From Akkermansia sp. (GTDB lineage: Bacteria > Verrucomicrobiota > Verrucomicrobiia > Verrucomicrobiales > Akkermansiaceae), in assembly GCA_017555205.1 (NCBI GenBank), contig JAFZGW010000030.1:19959-83958 (forward strand): DNA of 64,000 nucleotides. The letters are read 5' to 3'. The position numbers were made by a program, and so were the translations under genes. Shown here in pieces: positions 1 through 9,589 of this stretch. The notes under the pieces are model-generated. The model worked only from the letters and a program-made list of their open reading frames with translations, did not search any database and was not told the origin of the DNA. Within the stretch, counting starts at the first letter, position 1; every line of letters starts with the position of its first letter.

Positions 1-2
1 CG

Positions 3-365
3 GCGCGCATTAAGCGCGTTATTGCCGCAGGTAACAAAATCGTCAACAAACCATATCGCAGAGGTGGCGGCCACGGGCGCCATCATGATTCCGCCTACGA
101 TTGCTCCGGCTCCACAGCATTCGTATTGAGAGAAGCCGGCTTATTAAAAGCCGGAGTACACCCCACCAGCCACACATTCCTGCGTTGGGGGCGTCCGGGA
201 TTCGGCAAATGGCTGACCGTATACACCAAGCGAGGTCATGTGTTTGTGATGGTTGCAGGTTTACGATTCGACACCACCGGCAGCGGTCGCGGCATAGGCC
301 CGCGCTGGTACACCACACCACGCCAGTGCGGTGGTTTTTACGTACGCCACATCCCCGGCTATTGA
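3..365 (+). CDS. NlpC/P60-family cell-wall peptidase, 5'-truncated by the window edge
   Basis: Frame 3 is open from base 3: ...AGNKIVNKPYRRGGGHG...YDCSGSTAFVL...GHVFVMVAGLRFDT; has the PY/GG, DCSG and downstream His hallmarks. Confidence 0.8.
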   Translation, partial: ARIKRVIAAGNKIVNKPYRRGGGHGRHHDSAYDCSGSTAFVLREAGLLKAGVHPTSHTFLRWGRPGFGKWLTVYTKRGHVFVMVAGLRFDTTGSGRGIGPRWYTTPRQCGGFYVRHIPGY

Positions 366-440
366 CAAAAAAACGAATGCAGCATTCCCTATAACCAAGC
401 CGGATGAAAGCGCACCGAAAGCTCCACCGACTGGTTATAG

Positions 441-800
441 GTGATGGCTAATGGTAATTTTGATATGAATGAAGAAAACGAACGCAATCACGGACCGCAG
501 CGCATAGATGAAATAATGCTTGCTTGGGGGCTCGAAAACCATGATTTGGTAACAGTCTCCATTGAGCAGCTGACCCACAAGCAAGTACAGAAAGCCCGCC
601 AAGGGCGCCAGCTGACCCTGAAAATGATGCAAAAAGTAGCCCGAGCCCTCAATGTTGCCATCTGGGAACGACTGGATGAAGAGCAACGCGAGCTTTACTA
701 CGAATACATACACCGCGACCTATTCAGCTACGCAAAGGGGTATAGCTCAGATTGGCAAGACCCGAACATCCCGCTGATTCCTCAGCAGCCGGAGGAGTAA
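441..800 (+). CDS. Small hypothetical protein with a Cro/XRE-like HTH
   Basis: QLTHKQVQKARQGRQLTLKMMQKVARALN resembles an XRE-type HTH; ends 3 nt before xseA. Confidence 0.55.
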   Translation: MMANGNFDMNEENERNHGPQRIDEIMLAWGLENHDLVTVSIEQLTHKQVQKARQGRQLTLKMMQKVARALNVAIWERLDEEQRELYYEYIHRDLFSYAKGYSSDWQDPNIPLIPQQPEE

Positions 801-803
801 CCC

Positions 804-2132
804 ATGGTTCTGAAGGTCAGCGAGCTGGTAAACCTGCTGCGCAAAACAGTAGAGCAGCAAACCGGCTATCAGCAGGTAATGGGCGAAATCGGCTCATGCA
901 AGCCGGCATCCAGCGGCCACATCTACTTCACCCTAAAAGATAGCAGTGCTCAGTTGCAGTGCGTGCTCTATCGGCAGCAGGCTTTTGCCGGCAGAGTACG
1001 ACTGCAGGAGGGCATGCTCGTTGAGCTCACCGGCCGCGCCACCGTATGGGAAGGGCGCGGCTCGCTGCAGTTTGTCGTCAGCTCGGTGCGCGCCGCCGGG
1101 CAAGGGGACCTGCAAGCGCAATTCGAAGCACTGAAGCGCCGCTTGGAAGCCGAGGGGCTTTTCTCACCCGCTCGCAAAAAACGCCTTCCGGCCTTCCCGG
1201 CAAGCGTAGGGCTTATTACATCGCCAACAGGTGCTGTAATAGAGGACATGCGGCACCGCCTCAGCAACCGCGCACCGTGGATACAGGCTCACCTTTACCC
1301 CGTTCAAGTACAGGGAAAAGGGGCTGAACACGGGCTAGCCGAGGCCATACGCCGCTGGAATACCCCCGAGCGGTACGGACTACCGACTGTGGATTACCTC
1401 ATCCTTGCGCGTGGCGGCGGTTCAATGGAAGATTTGTGGTGTTTCAACGAAGAAGTACTGGCACGCGCCATAGCGGCCAGTCGAATACCCATTGTGAGTG
1501 CGGTAGGGCACGAAACCGACTTCACCATAGCCGACTTTGTAGCGGATTTGCGCGCTCCTACCCCCACAGCCGCCATCGAGCTGACCACCCCCGACAAAAC
1601 GGCTCTGCTGCAACGACTGCAACAGCTCGAAAGCACGTTAACCAACAGCATACGCCGCTCCCTTCAAACCGCTGAACTGCGCTTACGGCTCATAGACCAA
1701 GGCCCGCTGGGAAATCCCCTACTGGCACTCGCCCGTTTTGCACAACAGGCAGATGAGTATGAAAACGACATACTAACCGCAGCCCAAAACAAAACAACCG
1801 CAGCCGCAGCCCGTTTAAGCGTACTGACTGCCCGCATAAGCAGCCAAACGCTTCGTCACCGACTGAGCGCTGCGCACAATACACTGAGTGCCAAAGAACA
1901 ACAAATCACAACCAAAGCACAAGCCCGCCTAACCGGTGCGCGTGCCGCACTGCAAATACACAGCACCAATCTGGAGGCAGCCAGCCCCCAGCGTGCCCTA
2001 GAGCGCGGATTTGCCTTGGTTCATACCTCAAACGGTCGATTAGCACGAACCACCGCCGACCTGCCCCCCGGCAGCACTGCCACCCTGCAACTGGCTGACG
2101 GCAAACGCACCATCGAAATACGCCCCTCATAA
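804..2132 (+). CDS. xseA: Exodeoxyribonuclease VII large subunit
   Basis: SGHIYFTLKD, GLITSPTGAVIED, ARGGGSMEDLWCFNEE, SAVGHETDFTIADFVADLRAPTPTAA. Confidence 0.97.
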   Translation: MVLKVSELVNLLRKTVEQQTGYQQVMGEIGSCKPASSGHIYFTLKDSSAQLQCVLYRQQAFAGRVRLQEGMLVELTGRATVWEGRGSLQFVVSSVRAAGQGDLQAQFEALKRRLEAEGLFSPARKKRLPAFPASVGLITSPTGAVIEDMRHRLSNRAPWIQAHLYPVQVQGKGAEHGLAEAIRRWNTPERYGLPTVDYLILARGGGSMEDLWCFNEEVLARAIAASRIPIVSAVGHETDFTIADFVADLRAPTPTAAIELTTPDKTALLQRLQQLESTLTNSIRRSLQTAELRLRLIDQGPLGNPLLALARFAQQADEYENDILTAAQNKTTAAAARLSVLTARISSQTLRHRLSAAHNTLSAKEQQITTKAQARLTGARAALQIHSTNLEAASPQRALERGFALVHTSNGRLARTTADLPPGSTATLQLADGKRTIEIRPS

Positions 2133-2146
2133 ACCACTACCCGACC

Positions 2147-3103
2147 ATGCACAGCGAATATATACTTCCATCGCCCGAGCTGTTAGCAAACTTCCCCGAA
2201 GAACTGCACCGGCTCTTGACGAATTGCGGCGACAGCAGCAAAAAGCACCCCATTACCCTACCACTCGGGGCAGCACCGCAGAGCCCCCCCTACACGCTCT
2301 CGTTCGCTTTGAAAATATCGGCTGCCGCTACAGACAAAACAGCTACTGCCCTACATCTTTGCCTGCTCTCTCTGTTGTGCAGGTATAGCCCTGAAGAGTT
2401 GCAGCTCCTACTCTTTGCACCCTTCGATTCCCCCTTGCAGCAGTACCATAAGCTGCCACACCTACTCTGCCCGATTAGCCAAACGACTACCCCCCTTTAC
2501 TGGGTAATCAATGAGGCTAAGCACCGCTGCACCTTGCTGGATACCCAAGGTGCGAAATCCATAATTGACTACAACGCTGCCGCAGCACCGGCAGTCAAGC
2601 TCAGCCCCATCATCGCAGTGATAGATGCTCACCACAAAAACGGGGTCAACAGCATGCTCCGCGACCAACTCGAGCAACTCACCGCGCTGAATGATTGCTG
2701 CGAGCGCAGCGGCATTCATATCATCATCTACACAGACAATCACCAAATAAGCCACGTTGAGCAAGCACTTCAGGCCGGCACATCAACCGTGCGCCCGGCC
2801 TGCCACATGCAAGACATACCCCTCCCCACCTTTACAGAGCAAGTTATATCCACCATCGTACAACATTGCGCAACTCAGGCAAAACAAAATTTCGCCTCCC
2901 CGGAACCCGAGCAACCCGAATTATCCGCCCAAGATACCGAGCTATTTGAACGCTGCGTAGAATTCGCTGCTGCTGAAGGCAAAGTAAGCACAGCCGTGTT
3001 ACAACGCAAATTCTCCATCGGTTACGGGAGAGCCGCCAAAATGATGGATTTCTTAACCACCCGCGGCATCATCGATAGCGACAACCGCTACATACAACCA
3101 TGA
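2147..3103 (+). CDS. Degenerate FtsK-like protein (eroded motor, intact gamma domain)
   Basis: LSLLCRYSPEELQL, LPHLLCPI and SGIHIII align with the FtsK motor; C-terminal STAVLQRKFSIGYGRAAKMMDFL..RGII matches FtsK gamma; Walker A and B are altered. Confidence 0.75.
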   Translation: MHSEYILPSPELLANFPEELHRLLTNCGDSSKKHPITLPLGAAPQSPPYTLSFALKISAAATDKTATALHLCLLSLLCRYSPEELQLLLFAPFDSPLQQYHKLPHLLCPISQTTTPLYWVINEAKHRCTLLDTQGAKSIIDYNAAAAPAVKLSPIIAVIDAHHKNGVNSMLRDQLEQLTALNDCCERSGIHIIIYTDNHQISHVEQALQAGTSTVRPACHMQDIPLPTFTEQVISTIVQHCATQAKQNFASPEPEQPELSAQDTELFERCVEFAAAEGKVSTAVLQRKFSIGYGRAAKMMDFLTTRGIIDSDNRYIQP

Positions 3104-3203
3104 CCACAGCAAGGTAGCGGTGAGTTCGGCACCACATATACAGCGAACATTATACCACTCCGTTTATTTTACACCTGACCGATTTTCCTACACTTAAACA
3201 ACC

Positions 3204-4166
3204 ATGTCCGCCCCTATCACAGCGCTGGCCCCCATGCAAGATGTCACGGATTTGGCATTTATGCGAACCCTGGCACGCATCGACTCCCTGCCGGATTTGT
3301 TCGTAACGGCCTATTTCCGCAGCACTCCGACCACTTGTGCCATAGCAGAGGCAAACCTGCGCTGCATAGAGGAAAACCAAACCGGAGTCCCCATACTGGC
3401 GCAGCTGGCCGGCAGTGAAGCCGCACCGCTCATGAGAGACGCCGAACGCCTGCTACAACTGCCGATAGCCGGAATTAATCTGAATGCCGGTTGCCCCTCC
3501 CCCTTGGTAAACCGCCATGGAGCCGGGGCCGGCTTACTGCGCGATTTACCGGCACTGCGAGCCTGCCTGCAAGGTTTGCGCAGTGTAGTACCGGCCGGGA
3601 AATTCAGTGTAAAGTGCCGAACCGGCTGGACCACAGCCAGCGAATTCCCCACTATATTGGCAGAAATCGCAGCCGCCGAGCCCGATATGGCCATGGTGCA
3701 CGGCCGCACGCGCCAAGACCTCTATAAACCCGGAACCGTACAACCCGAAACCGCACAACTGGCAGTCAACACACTGAATTGCCCCGTACTGGGGAATGGC
3801 GATATCACCACCCTACAGCAAGCACACGATTGGTTAAACCAAGTAACACCCGCCGGGGTAATGATAGGTCGCGGAGCTGTACAAAACCCCTACATATTCC
3901 GCCAGCTGCATGGTGGCGCAGCCCCCACGACAGATGACATGCGCCGCTACTTCGCCGTGCTGACGGAAGAGACAGACCGCATACTCCACACCAAGCGCAC
4001 ACAGGCTGGCCACTGCAACAGAATGAAAAAATATCTCGCCTTTTGCTATGGCTATTTCACCCCGGAGCAAGAATACGCCCTGCGCCGCTGTACCAATATA
4101 TCTGATATGCAGCGCATACTATCCGGCGTCACTTTATCTGCTGACTCAGATAAACCTGTGAAATAA
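3204..4166 (+). CDS. tRNA-dihydrouridine synthase (Dus family)
   Basis: LAPMQDVTD, INLNAGCP, VHGRT, GNGDI, GVMIGRGA..NP. Confidence 0.93.
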   Translation: MSAPITALAPMQDVTDLAFMRTLARIDSLPDLFVTAYFRSTPTTCAIAEANLRCIEENQTGVPILAQLAGSEAAPLMRDAERLLQLPIAGINLNAGCPSPLVNRHGAGAGLLRDLPALRACLQGLRSVVPAGKFSVKCRTGWTTASEFPTILAEIAAAEPDMAMVHGRTRQDLYKPGTVQPETAQLAVNTLNCPVLGNGDITTLQQAHDWLNQVTPAGVMIGRGAVQNPYIFRQLHGGAAPTTDDMRRYFAVLTEETDRILHTKRTQAGHCNRMKKYLAFCYGYFTPEQEYALRRCTNISDMQRILSGVTLSADSDKPVK

Positions 4167-4242
4167 CTTGACAAAATAGTATGATATGTGCATAAAGGGG
4201 CAGCGCGAATGCAAGCGCAATCTAAACAACAGCATGAGATTG

Positions 4243-4839
4243 ATGAAGAAATATCTGACCATGACAGCTGCTGCGGCAGCTCTGCTGACAGCATGCTCCA
4301 CCCAAAACGACTTGGCTGCTATAGCCACGGGCGGTTACGCATTCCGCCCCAATCGCATTAAAATCGACCCGCAAAAAGCCGTAGCAAACGGCCATTGGGA
4401 TCGCCCCGAAGGGCTTACAGGTGAGCACCTGATTATCATCGACACCCAGCTGCAGCAAGCTAAGTATTACATCGCTAACCAATACGTAGGCAACAGCAGC
4501 ATCTCCTCAGGCAAGGCCGGCCACGGAACCCCCGCGGGCACCTTTAAAATTCTGAGCAAAGACGAAGATCACAAATCCTCCCTCTACGGTAGTGTGGTGG
4601 ACGCCAACGGCAACACACTGATAGCCGACTACACAGTCGGGCAGCCCATGCCCCCCGGCGGCATTTACCAAGGCGCCTCCATGAATTACGGCATGCAGAT
4701 AACCAACACCGGGATTTGGATGCACGAAGGCTATGTGACCTCCGCCCCCGAAAGCCACGGCTGTATACGCCTGCCGGGAGATATGGCTAAAATTTTCTTC
4801 GACAATACCCCCATCGGAACCAAAGTCATCATCAAGTAA
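4243..4839 (+). CDS. L,D-transpeptidase (YkuD) lipoprotein
   Basis: Lipobox LLTAC; SSGK..H.TP.G.F; catalytic MHEG...SHGCIRL. Start placed at MKKYL. Confidence 0.9.
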   Translation: MKKYLTMTAAAAALLTACSTQNDLAAIATGGYAFRPNRIKIDPQKAVANGHWDRPEGLTGEHLIIIDTQLQQAKYYIANQYVGNSSISSGKAGHGTPAGTFKILSKDEDHKSSLYGSVVDANGNTLIADYTVGQPMPPGGIYQGASMNYGMQITNTGIWMHEGYVTSAPESHGCIRLPGDMAKIFFDNTPIGTKVIIK

Positions 4840-4854
4840 TTCTAGGTTATTACC

Positions 4855-5832
4855 ATGAACTCACTAACTCGCACACTTTGCTGCCTTGCCGGGTTGATAA
4901 CCGTGGCTATAAGCAGCTCATGCACCCATCAGGCGCCCCCGCCTCCGCAGGTCGTTGTACAGCCGGATGCTTACGAAATTTTCGTAAAAGAGCATCCCAA
5001 GTACCCCAAAACCATGTCAATCTACCGCAACAATGAGCTCATGAAACAGGCGACCCCTAGCTGCCCGATTTACATTTGCCTTTCCCAGCAACGAGGGCGC
5101 TTGTATGTAAATGGCAAAGTCGCAGCTGACTGGCCCGTTTCCACCGGGGTCGATGATCACCCCACTCCCACCGGTTCATTCCGCGTAATAGAGAAGAAAC
5201 GCGAATACAGCTCTCGCACATGGGGCAGAATAGTTGATGCCGATGGCAAATGCGTAGTACGAGATGCCAATTCAACTATCGACACCGTACCTGAGGGCGG
5301 TAAATTCATCGGCTCCCCCATGCCCAACTGGCAGCGTCTCACAAGCTCCGGCATAGGTATGCACACCGGCAAGGTGCGAGCAGGGCGCGTACTCTCGCAC
5401 GGCTGCATACGCACTCCCGGGCGCATGGCACGCGAGCTTTTCGACATCACGGCGACCGGTCGCACCCGAGTAACCATCACAAAAGATGTCGAGACTTGCT
5501 ACCCCACCTTCGTAGGGACAAGCGACCAACAAACCGCAGCCACGCAAAAAACCACCGCCGCTACTGAGCCACAGCAGGCAGCAACACCCGTAGACCAGCA
5601 ACAGCCTGCACCCGCAGAGCAATTAGCAACGCCTGTTGACCAGCAACAGCCCACACCTACGGAGCAACTGGCAACCCCCGCTGACCAGCAACAACCTACC
5701 CCTGTGGAACAGCAACAGCCTGCCCCCGCAGAGCAAGAGGAGGCTCCCACACCGACCGAACAACAAAATGACGACACCATGACCTCCGCCGGTGGCGTTA
5801 GAGTTCACAGTCAATTAGTCAGCTATCGCTAA
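4855..5832 (+). CDS. L,D-transpeptidase (YkuD), probable lipoprotein, with a Q/P/T-rich repeat tail
   Basis: VSTG...PTPTGSF; GMHTG...SHGCIR; low-complexity C-terminus. Confidence 0.9.
   Translation: MNSLTRTLCCLAGLITVAISSSCTHQAPPPPQVVVQPDAYEIFVKEHPKYPKTMSIYRNNELMKQATPSCPIYICLSQQRGRLYVNGKVAADWPVSTGVDDHPTPTGSFRVIEKKREYSSRTWGRIVDADGKCVVRDANSTIDTVPEGGKFIGSPMPNWQRLTSSGIGMHTGKVRAGRVLSHGCIRTPGRMARELFDITATGRTRVTITKDVETCYPTFVGTSDQQTAATQKTTAATEPQQAATPVDQQQPAPAEQLATPVDQQQPTPTEQLATPADQQQPTPVEQQQPAPAEQEEAPTPTEQQNDDTMTSAGGVRVHSQLVSYR
5581..5735 (+). repeat. Coding tandem repeat, ~45-bp unit (ATPVDQQQPxPxEQL), about 3.5 copies
   Basis: Units start at 5581, 5626 and 5671. Confidence 0.8.
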
Positions 5833-5860
5833 CACAAACAACTTCTGAGAAATCACCCAC

Positions 5861-5890
5861 ACACGCAGCCCAATGGGCTGCGTGTTTTTT
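5861..5890 (+). terminator. Intrinsic terminator after the LDT pair
   Basis: ACACGCAGCCC-AAT-GGGCTGCGTGT then a T run. Confidence 0.85.
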
Positions 5891-5894
5891 ACAC

Positions 5895-5923
5895 TTGCCA
5901 ACCCGCATTTAGCATGCTATACT
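5895..5923 (+). promoter_or_regulatory. sigma70-type promoter for purB
   Basis: TTGCCA-17 nt-TATACT with an extended TG. Confidence 0.7.
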
Positions 5924-5948
5924 GACCGCTCACCGATACAAACAAATT

Positions 5949-7373
5949 ATGAACGCTATACCTAACGTACTGGCAGGGCGCTATGCGTCCGATGCGATGA
6001 AGTCCATCTGGTCCGCAGAGGGCCGCATTGTACTGGAGCGCGAATTCTGGATTGCCGTGATGAAAGCCCAGAAAGACCTTGGGCTGGACATTCCGCAGGA
6101 AGCAATCGACGCCTACGAGCGCGTAAAGAACAGCGTAAATATCGAAAGTATCAACAACCGCGAGCGAATCACCCGCCACGATGTGAAAGCCCGAATCGAA
6201 GAATTCTGCGACTTGGCCGGGCACCAGCACATACACAAGGGCATGACCAGCCGCGACCTCACCGAAAACGTGGAGCAGTTGCAGGTATGGCGCAGCATGC
6301 AGATTATACGCGACAAGGCAGTAGCTGTGCTCGACCGCATGAGCCGCCATGCCGCCGATTGGCGCGATGTCGTATTTGCCGCCCGCACCCACAACGTAGC
6401 AGCGCAAGCCGCCACCATGGGCAAGCGAGTAGCTATGTTCGGCGAAGAACTGGTGCACTGGACCTGGGCTTGGGTAAGCATGATGGAGCGCTACCGTGTG
6501 CGCGGCCTCAAAGGAGCTGTCGGCACCCAGCTCGACCAGCTCTCCCTCTTCGGCAAAAACCCCGAAACAGTGCGAGAGCTCGAGGGGCGTATCTGCGCCC
6601 ACCTCGGCATCTCCACCAAGTGGATGAACGTCGGTCAGGTTTACCCCCGCTCACTCGACTTTGAAATCATCTCCGGCCTGGTAGGCCTCTCCTGCGCCCC
6701 GAGCAGCTTCTGCAAAACCTGGCGTCTGATGGTCGGGCACGAGCTCTGCACCGAGGGCTTCGCCAAGGGACAAACAGGCTCCAGCGCCATGCCGCACAAG
6801 CAAAATCCCCGCTCCTGCGAGCGAGTCAATGGTTTCCACGCCATTCTGAAAGGCCACCTGAGCATGATTGGCGGCATCGTTGGCGACCAGTGGAACGAGG
6901 GCGACGTCTCCTGCTCCGTTGTACGTCGCTGCGTACTGCCGGATGCCTTCATGGCAGCAGACGGTCTGTTTGAAACCTTCCTGACCGTCATGGATCAGAT
7001 GGGAATCTACAAACCGGTTATTCAGACTGAGCTTAACCGCTACCTGCCCTTCCTGATGACCACCACCATCATGATGGCAGCCGTGAAGCGTGGCGTAGGT
7101 CGCGAAGAAGCTCACGAGGTAATCAAAGAACACGCCGTGGCCGTGTCCGACGAATTGCGCAGCGGCACCATCGCTACAAACGACCTGCTCGACCGCTTGG
7201 GCGCCGATGGCCGCCTGAAGCTCAGCCGCGAGGAAATTCAGCAGATTTATGATGCCAACGCAGGTGATACCGGTATGGCCGGCGACCAGGTGGACGCCTT
7301 CTGTGCCATGGTTACCGAACTGGCCGACAAATTCCCCGCCGGTGTGGGCTACACCCCCGGTGCAATCCTGTAA
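5949..7373 (+). CDS. purB: Adenylosuccinate lyase
   Basis: TRHDVKA, HKGMTSRD, ARTHNVAAQ and the signature GSSAMPHKQNPRSCE. Confidence 0.96.
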   Translation: MNAIPNVLAGRYASDAMKSIWSAEGRIVLEREFWIAVMKAQKDLGLDIPQEAIDAYERVKNSVNIESINNRERITRHDVKARIEEFCDLAGHQHIHKGMTSRDLTENVEQLQVWRSMQIIRDKAVAVLDRMSRHAADWRDVVFAARTHNVAAQAATMGKRVAMFGEELVHWTWAWVSMMERYRVRGLKGAVGTQLDQLSLFGKNPETVRELEGRICAHLGISTKWMNVGQVYPRSLDFEIISGLVGLSCAPSSFCKTWRLMVGHELCTEGFAKGQTGSSAMPHKQNPRSCERVNGFHAILKGHLSMIGGIVGDQWNEGDVSCSVVRRCVLPDAFMAADGLFETFLTVMDQMGIYKPVIQTELNRYLPFLMTTTIMMAAVKRGVGREEAHEVIKEHAVAVSDELRSGTIATNDLLDRLGADGRLKLSREEIQQIYDANAGDTGMAGDQVDAFCAMVTELADKFPAGVGYTPGAIL

Positions 7374-7401
7374 AAAACAAAAACCGCTTACCCCCCCACA
7401 C

Positions 7402-9576
7402 ATGGCCGAGGCAAAAGAACAGATTCTCTTTGAAAATGCCGCCTATCGACTGAGCTCGAACGGACTGCAGCAAGAGGGACTGTCTGCCCGGCTGGAGGGG
7501 GTGAGCAAGCTCATTATCTCCCGAGAAGGACAGGCTGAGCATGAGGTAAACATTCCCCCGGTTCCCACGGGGTACACAGGAATGCGCAGCAGCATACCCG
7601 TGCTCACCGCCATGTACAACATGGCAATCAACGAACTGGTGGCAAACATACGCCCCGATGGTCACATGCTCGCCGGCGCCAACTGGAGCAGCGTCTGGAC
7701 CCGCGACATAGCCTACAGCGCAACACTGGGAGCCGCCCTAGCCAGCCCGGCAGAGGTGCGAACCAGCCTGCAATCGCGCGTGCGAAATGGCGTCATATTG
7801 CAAGATACCGGCACCGGTGGCGGTTGGCCTATATCCACCGACCGCGTGGTTTGGGCCATGGGTGCATGGAGCCTGTACCAATCACAGGGCGACCGCGAGT
7901 GGTTGGAGTACAGCTGCGGCATCATCCGTGCTACCTTGGCGCAAGATGACGCCATGTTCCCCACCCACACCCCGCTGCGCCCCGGCGAAACCTCATTCAT
8001 CGACTGGCGTGAACAAAGCTACCCGGACTGGATGACACCGACAGACATCGGAGCGGCCTATGCATTCGGCACCAACGTACTGCACTACACGGCCAACCTC
8101 ATCGTCTCGCGCATGCTCACCGAGCTGGAGCAACCGACCGAGGCTGCCATCTACAAAAACAGGGCAACTGAATTGAGCTCAGCCATCGAGCAGGCATTCT
8201 GGAGCAAGGCCAACAGCCAATACGCCATGATGCGCACCGCTGACGGCTGCCCCGATGAGCGAACAGATGCACTGGCAAATGCGCTGGCCGTACTCTGCGG
8301 CCTGGCCGGCGACCACTCCGAGCGCGCCATGGCCACCCTACACAGCAGCCCTTGGGGAACCCCGGTCTTCACCCCTTACAAATCCACCCGCCCGGAGGCC
8401 TACCACAATCGAGCCGTATGGCCGTTTGAGGAGGCATTTGTCATGCTGGCTCATGCCGAGCTGCGCGACCCGGCCGGGGCAGCATTCTCCATGGCGAGCA
8501 TTCTGCGCGCTGCACTTGCCTTCGGCACCAACAAAGAAAATTTCCATGCAGAAAGCGGGGAAAGCAGCGACACCCTGCTCAACTCCGACCGCCAGCTCTG
8601 GAGTGTGGCCGGCATGTTAGGGCTCTTCTACTATGGGCTCTTTGGCATACACTACGAGCACGACAGCTTGGTATTCACCCCTTGCGTACCTCGTGGCTTT
8701 GCCGGCAGTCACTGGCTGACCGGGCTTCGAATCCGCGACATGGTGCTCGATGTTCGCATAAATGGCTACGGCACCAATATATGCACGGTACGAGTGAACG
8801 GCAAACCCACCACCCCCATACTACCGCTGAATACCAAGGGGTACCTGCAAGTGGAAATCGAGCTTTTGCCGGATGATGCCGATGAGCCGGACAGCGATTT
8901 CCCGGCTGCCCATGAAGACCTACCGGAGCCGGTGTGGGACTCCCCCACCCCCGGCCTACTGCGCTGGCACCCCGTCCCCGGCGCCACCAGCTACTATATC
9001 TTTGCCAACGGCTCAGCTTTGGGAGCCACTCCCGACTGCACCTTTGCCATAACCCGCCCCTCCGGCTGTTGCACGGAATACCGAGTGCAGGCAGTAAGTA
9101 CCACCAACGCCAGTTGCCTGAGCAAGCCATGGCTCAGCTGCCCCGAGGGCAACCGCCACACCCTGCAGCCCCTCAGCGTGGGCGAAAATGCGGAATACAG
9201 CGTGGAAGGCAATCAGGCTTGGTTAGATACCAAACCCTGCACAGCACTGCTCAACTACGGAGCGGCCACCTTAGCCACAGGCACCTATCAGTTACGACTT
9301 CAATATTGCAATGCTACCGCCTCTCTGCGCGATGGCGACAGCTGCGCACTACGCGAACTACTGGTCGACGGTGAACCGGTCGCCATTGTCCCCCTGCCCC
9401 ATAATACCGAGGCCGACAACTGGGAGCACTACAGCCTGACCGCCCCCATCACCGTGCAACTTAAGAGCGGAAGACATACCTTCGCCCTGCGCTACAACCC
9501 TACCACCTGCACCAATACCAACGGTGAACTCAACCAGTGCATGGTGCGAGCACTCGAAATCACCCGCCACAGTTGA
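7402..9576 (+). CDS. Six-hairpin glycoside hydrolase (debranching/MGH1-like) with C-terminal FN3-like and CBM-like domains
   Basis: VWTRDIAYS, QDTGTGGGWPISTDR, GETSFIDWREQSYP, YHNRAVWPF, NSDRQLWSVAG; no signal peptide; start placed at MAEAKEQ. Confidence 0.75.
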   Translation: MAEAKEQILFENAAYRLSSNGLQQEGLSARLEGVSKLIISREGQAEHEVNIPPVPTGYTGMRSSIPVLTAMYNMAINELVANIRPDGHMLAGANWSSVWTRDIAYSATLGAALASPAEVRTSLQSRVRNGVILQDTGTGGGWPISTDRVVWAMGAWSLYQSQGDREWLEYSCGIIRATLAQDDAMFPTHTPLRPGETSFIDWREQSYPDWMTPTDIGAAYAFGTNVLHYTANLIVSRMLTELEQPTEAAIYKNRATELSSAIEQAFWSKANSQYAMMRTADGCPDERTDALANALAVLCGLAGDHSERAMATLHSSPWGTPVFTPYKSTRPEAYHNRAVWPFEEAFVMLAHAELRDPAGAAFSMASILRAALAFGTNKENFHAESGESSDTLLNSDRQLWSVAGMLGLFYYGLFGIHYEHDSLVFTPCVPRGFAGSHWLTGLRIRDMVLDVRINGYGTNICTVRVNGKPTTPILPLNTKGYLQVEIELLPDDADEPDSDFPAAHEDLPEPVWDSPTPGLLRWHPVPGATSYYIFANGSALGATPDCTFAITRPSGCCTEYRVQAVSTTNASCLSKPWLSCPEGNRHTLQPLSVGENAEYSVEGNQAWLDTKPCTALLNYGAATLATGTYQLRLQYCNATASLRDGDSCALRELLVDGEPVAIVPLPHNTEADNWEHYSLTAPITVQLKSGRHTFALRYNPTTCTNTNGELNQCMVRALEITRHS

Positions 9577-9589
9577 CCCCCATACCGCC

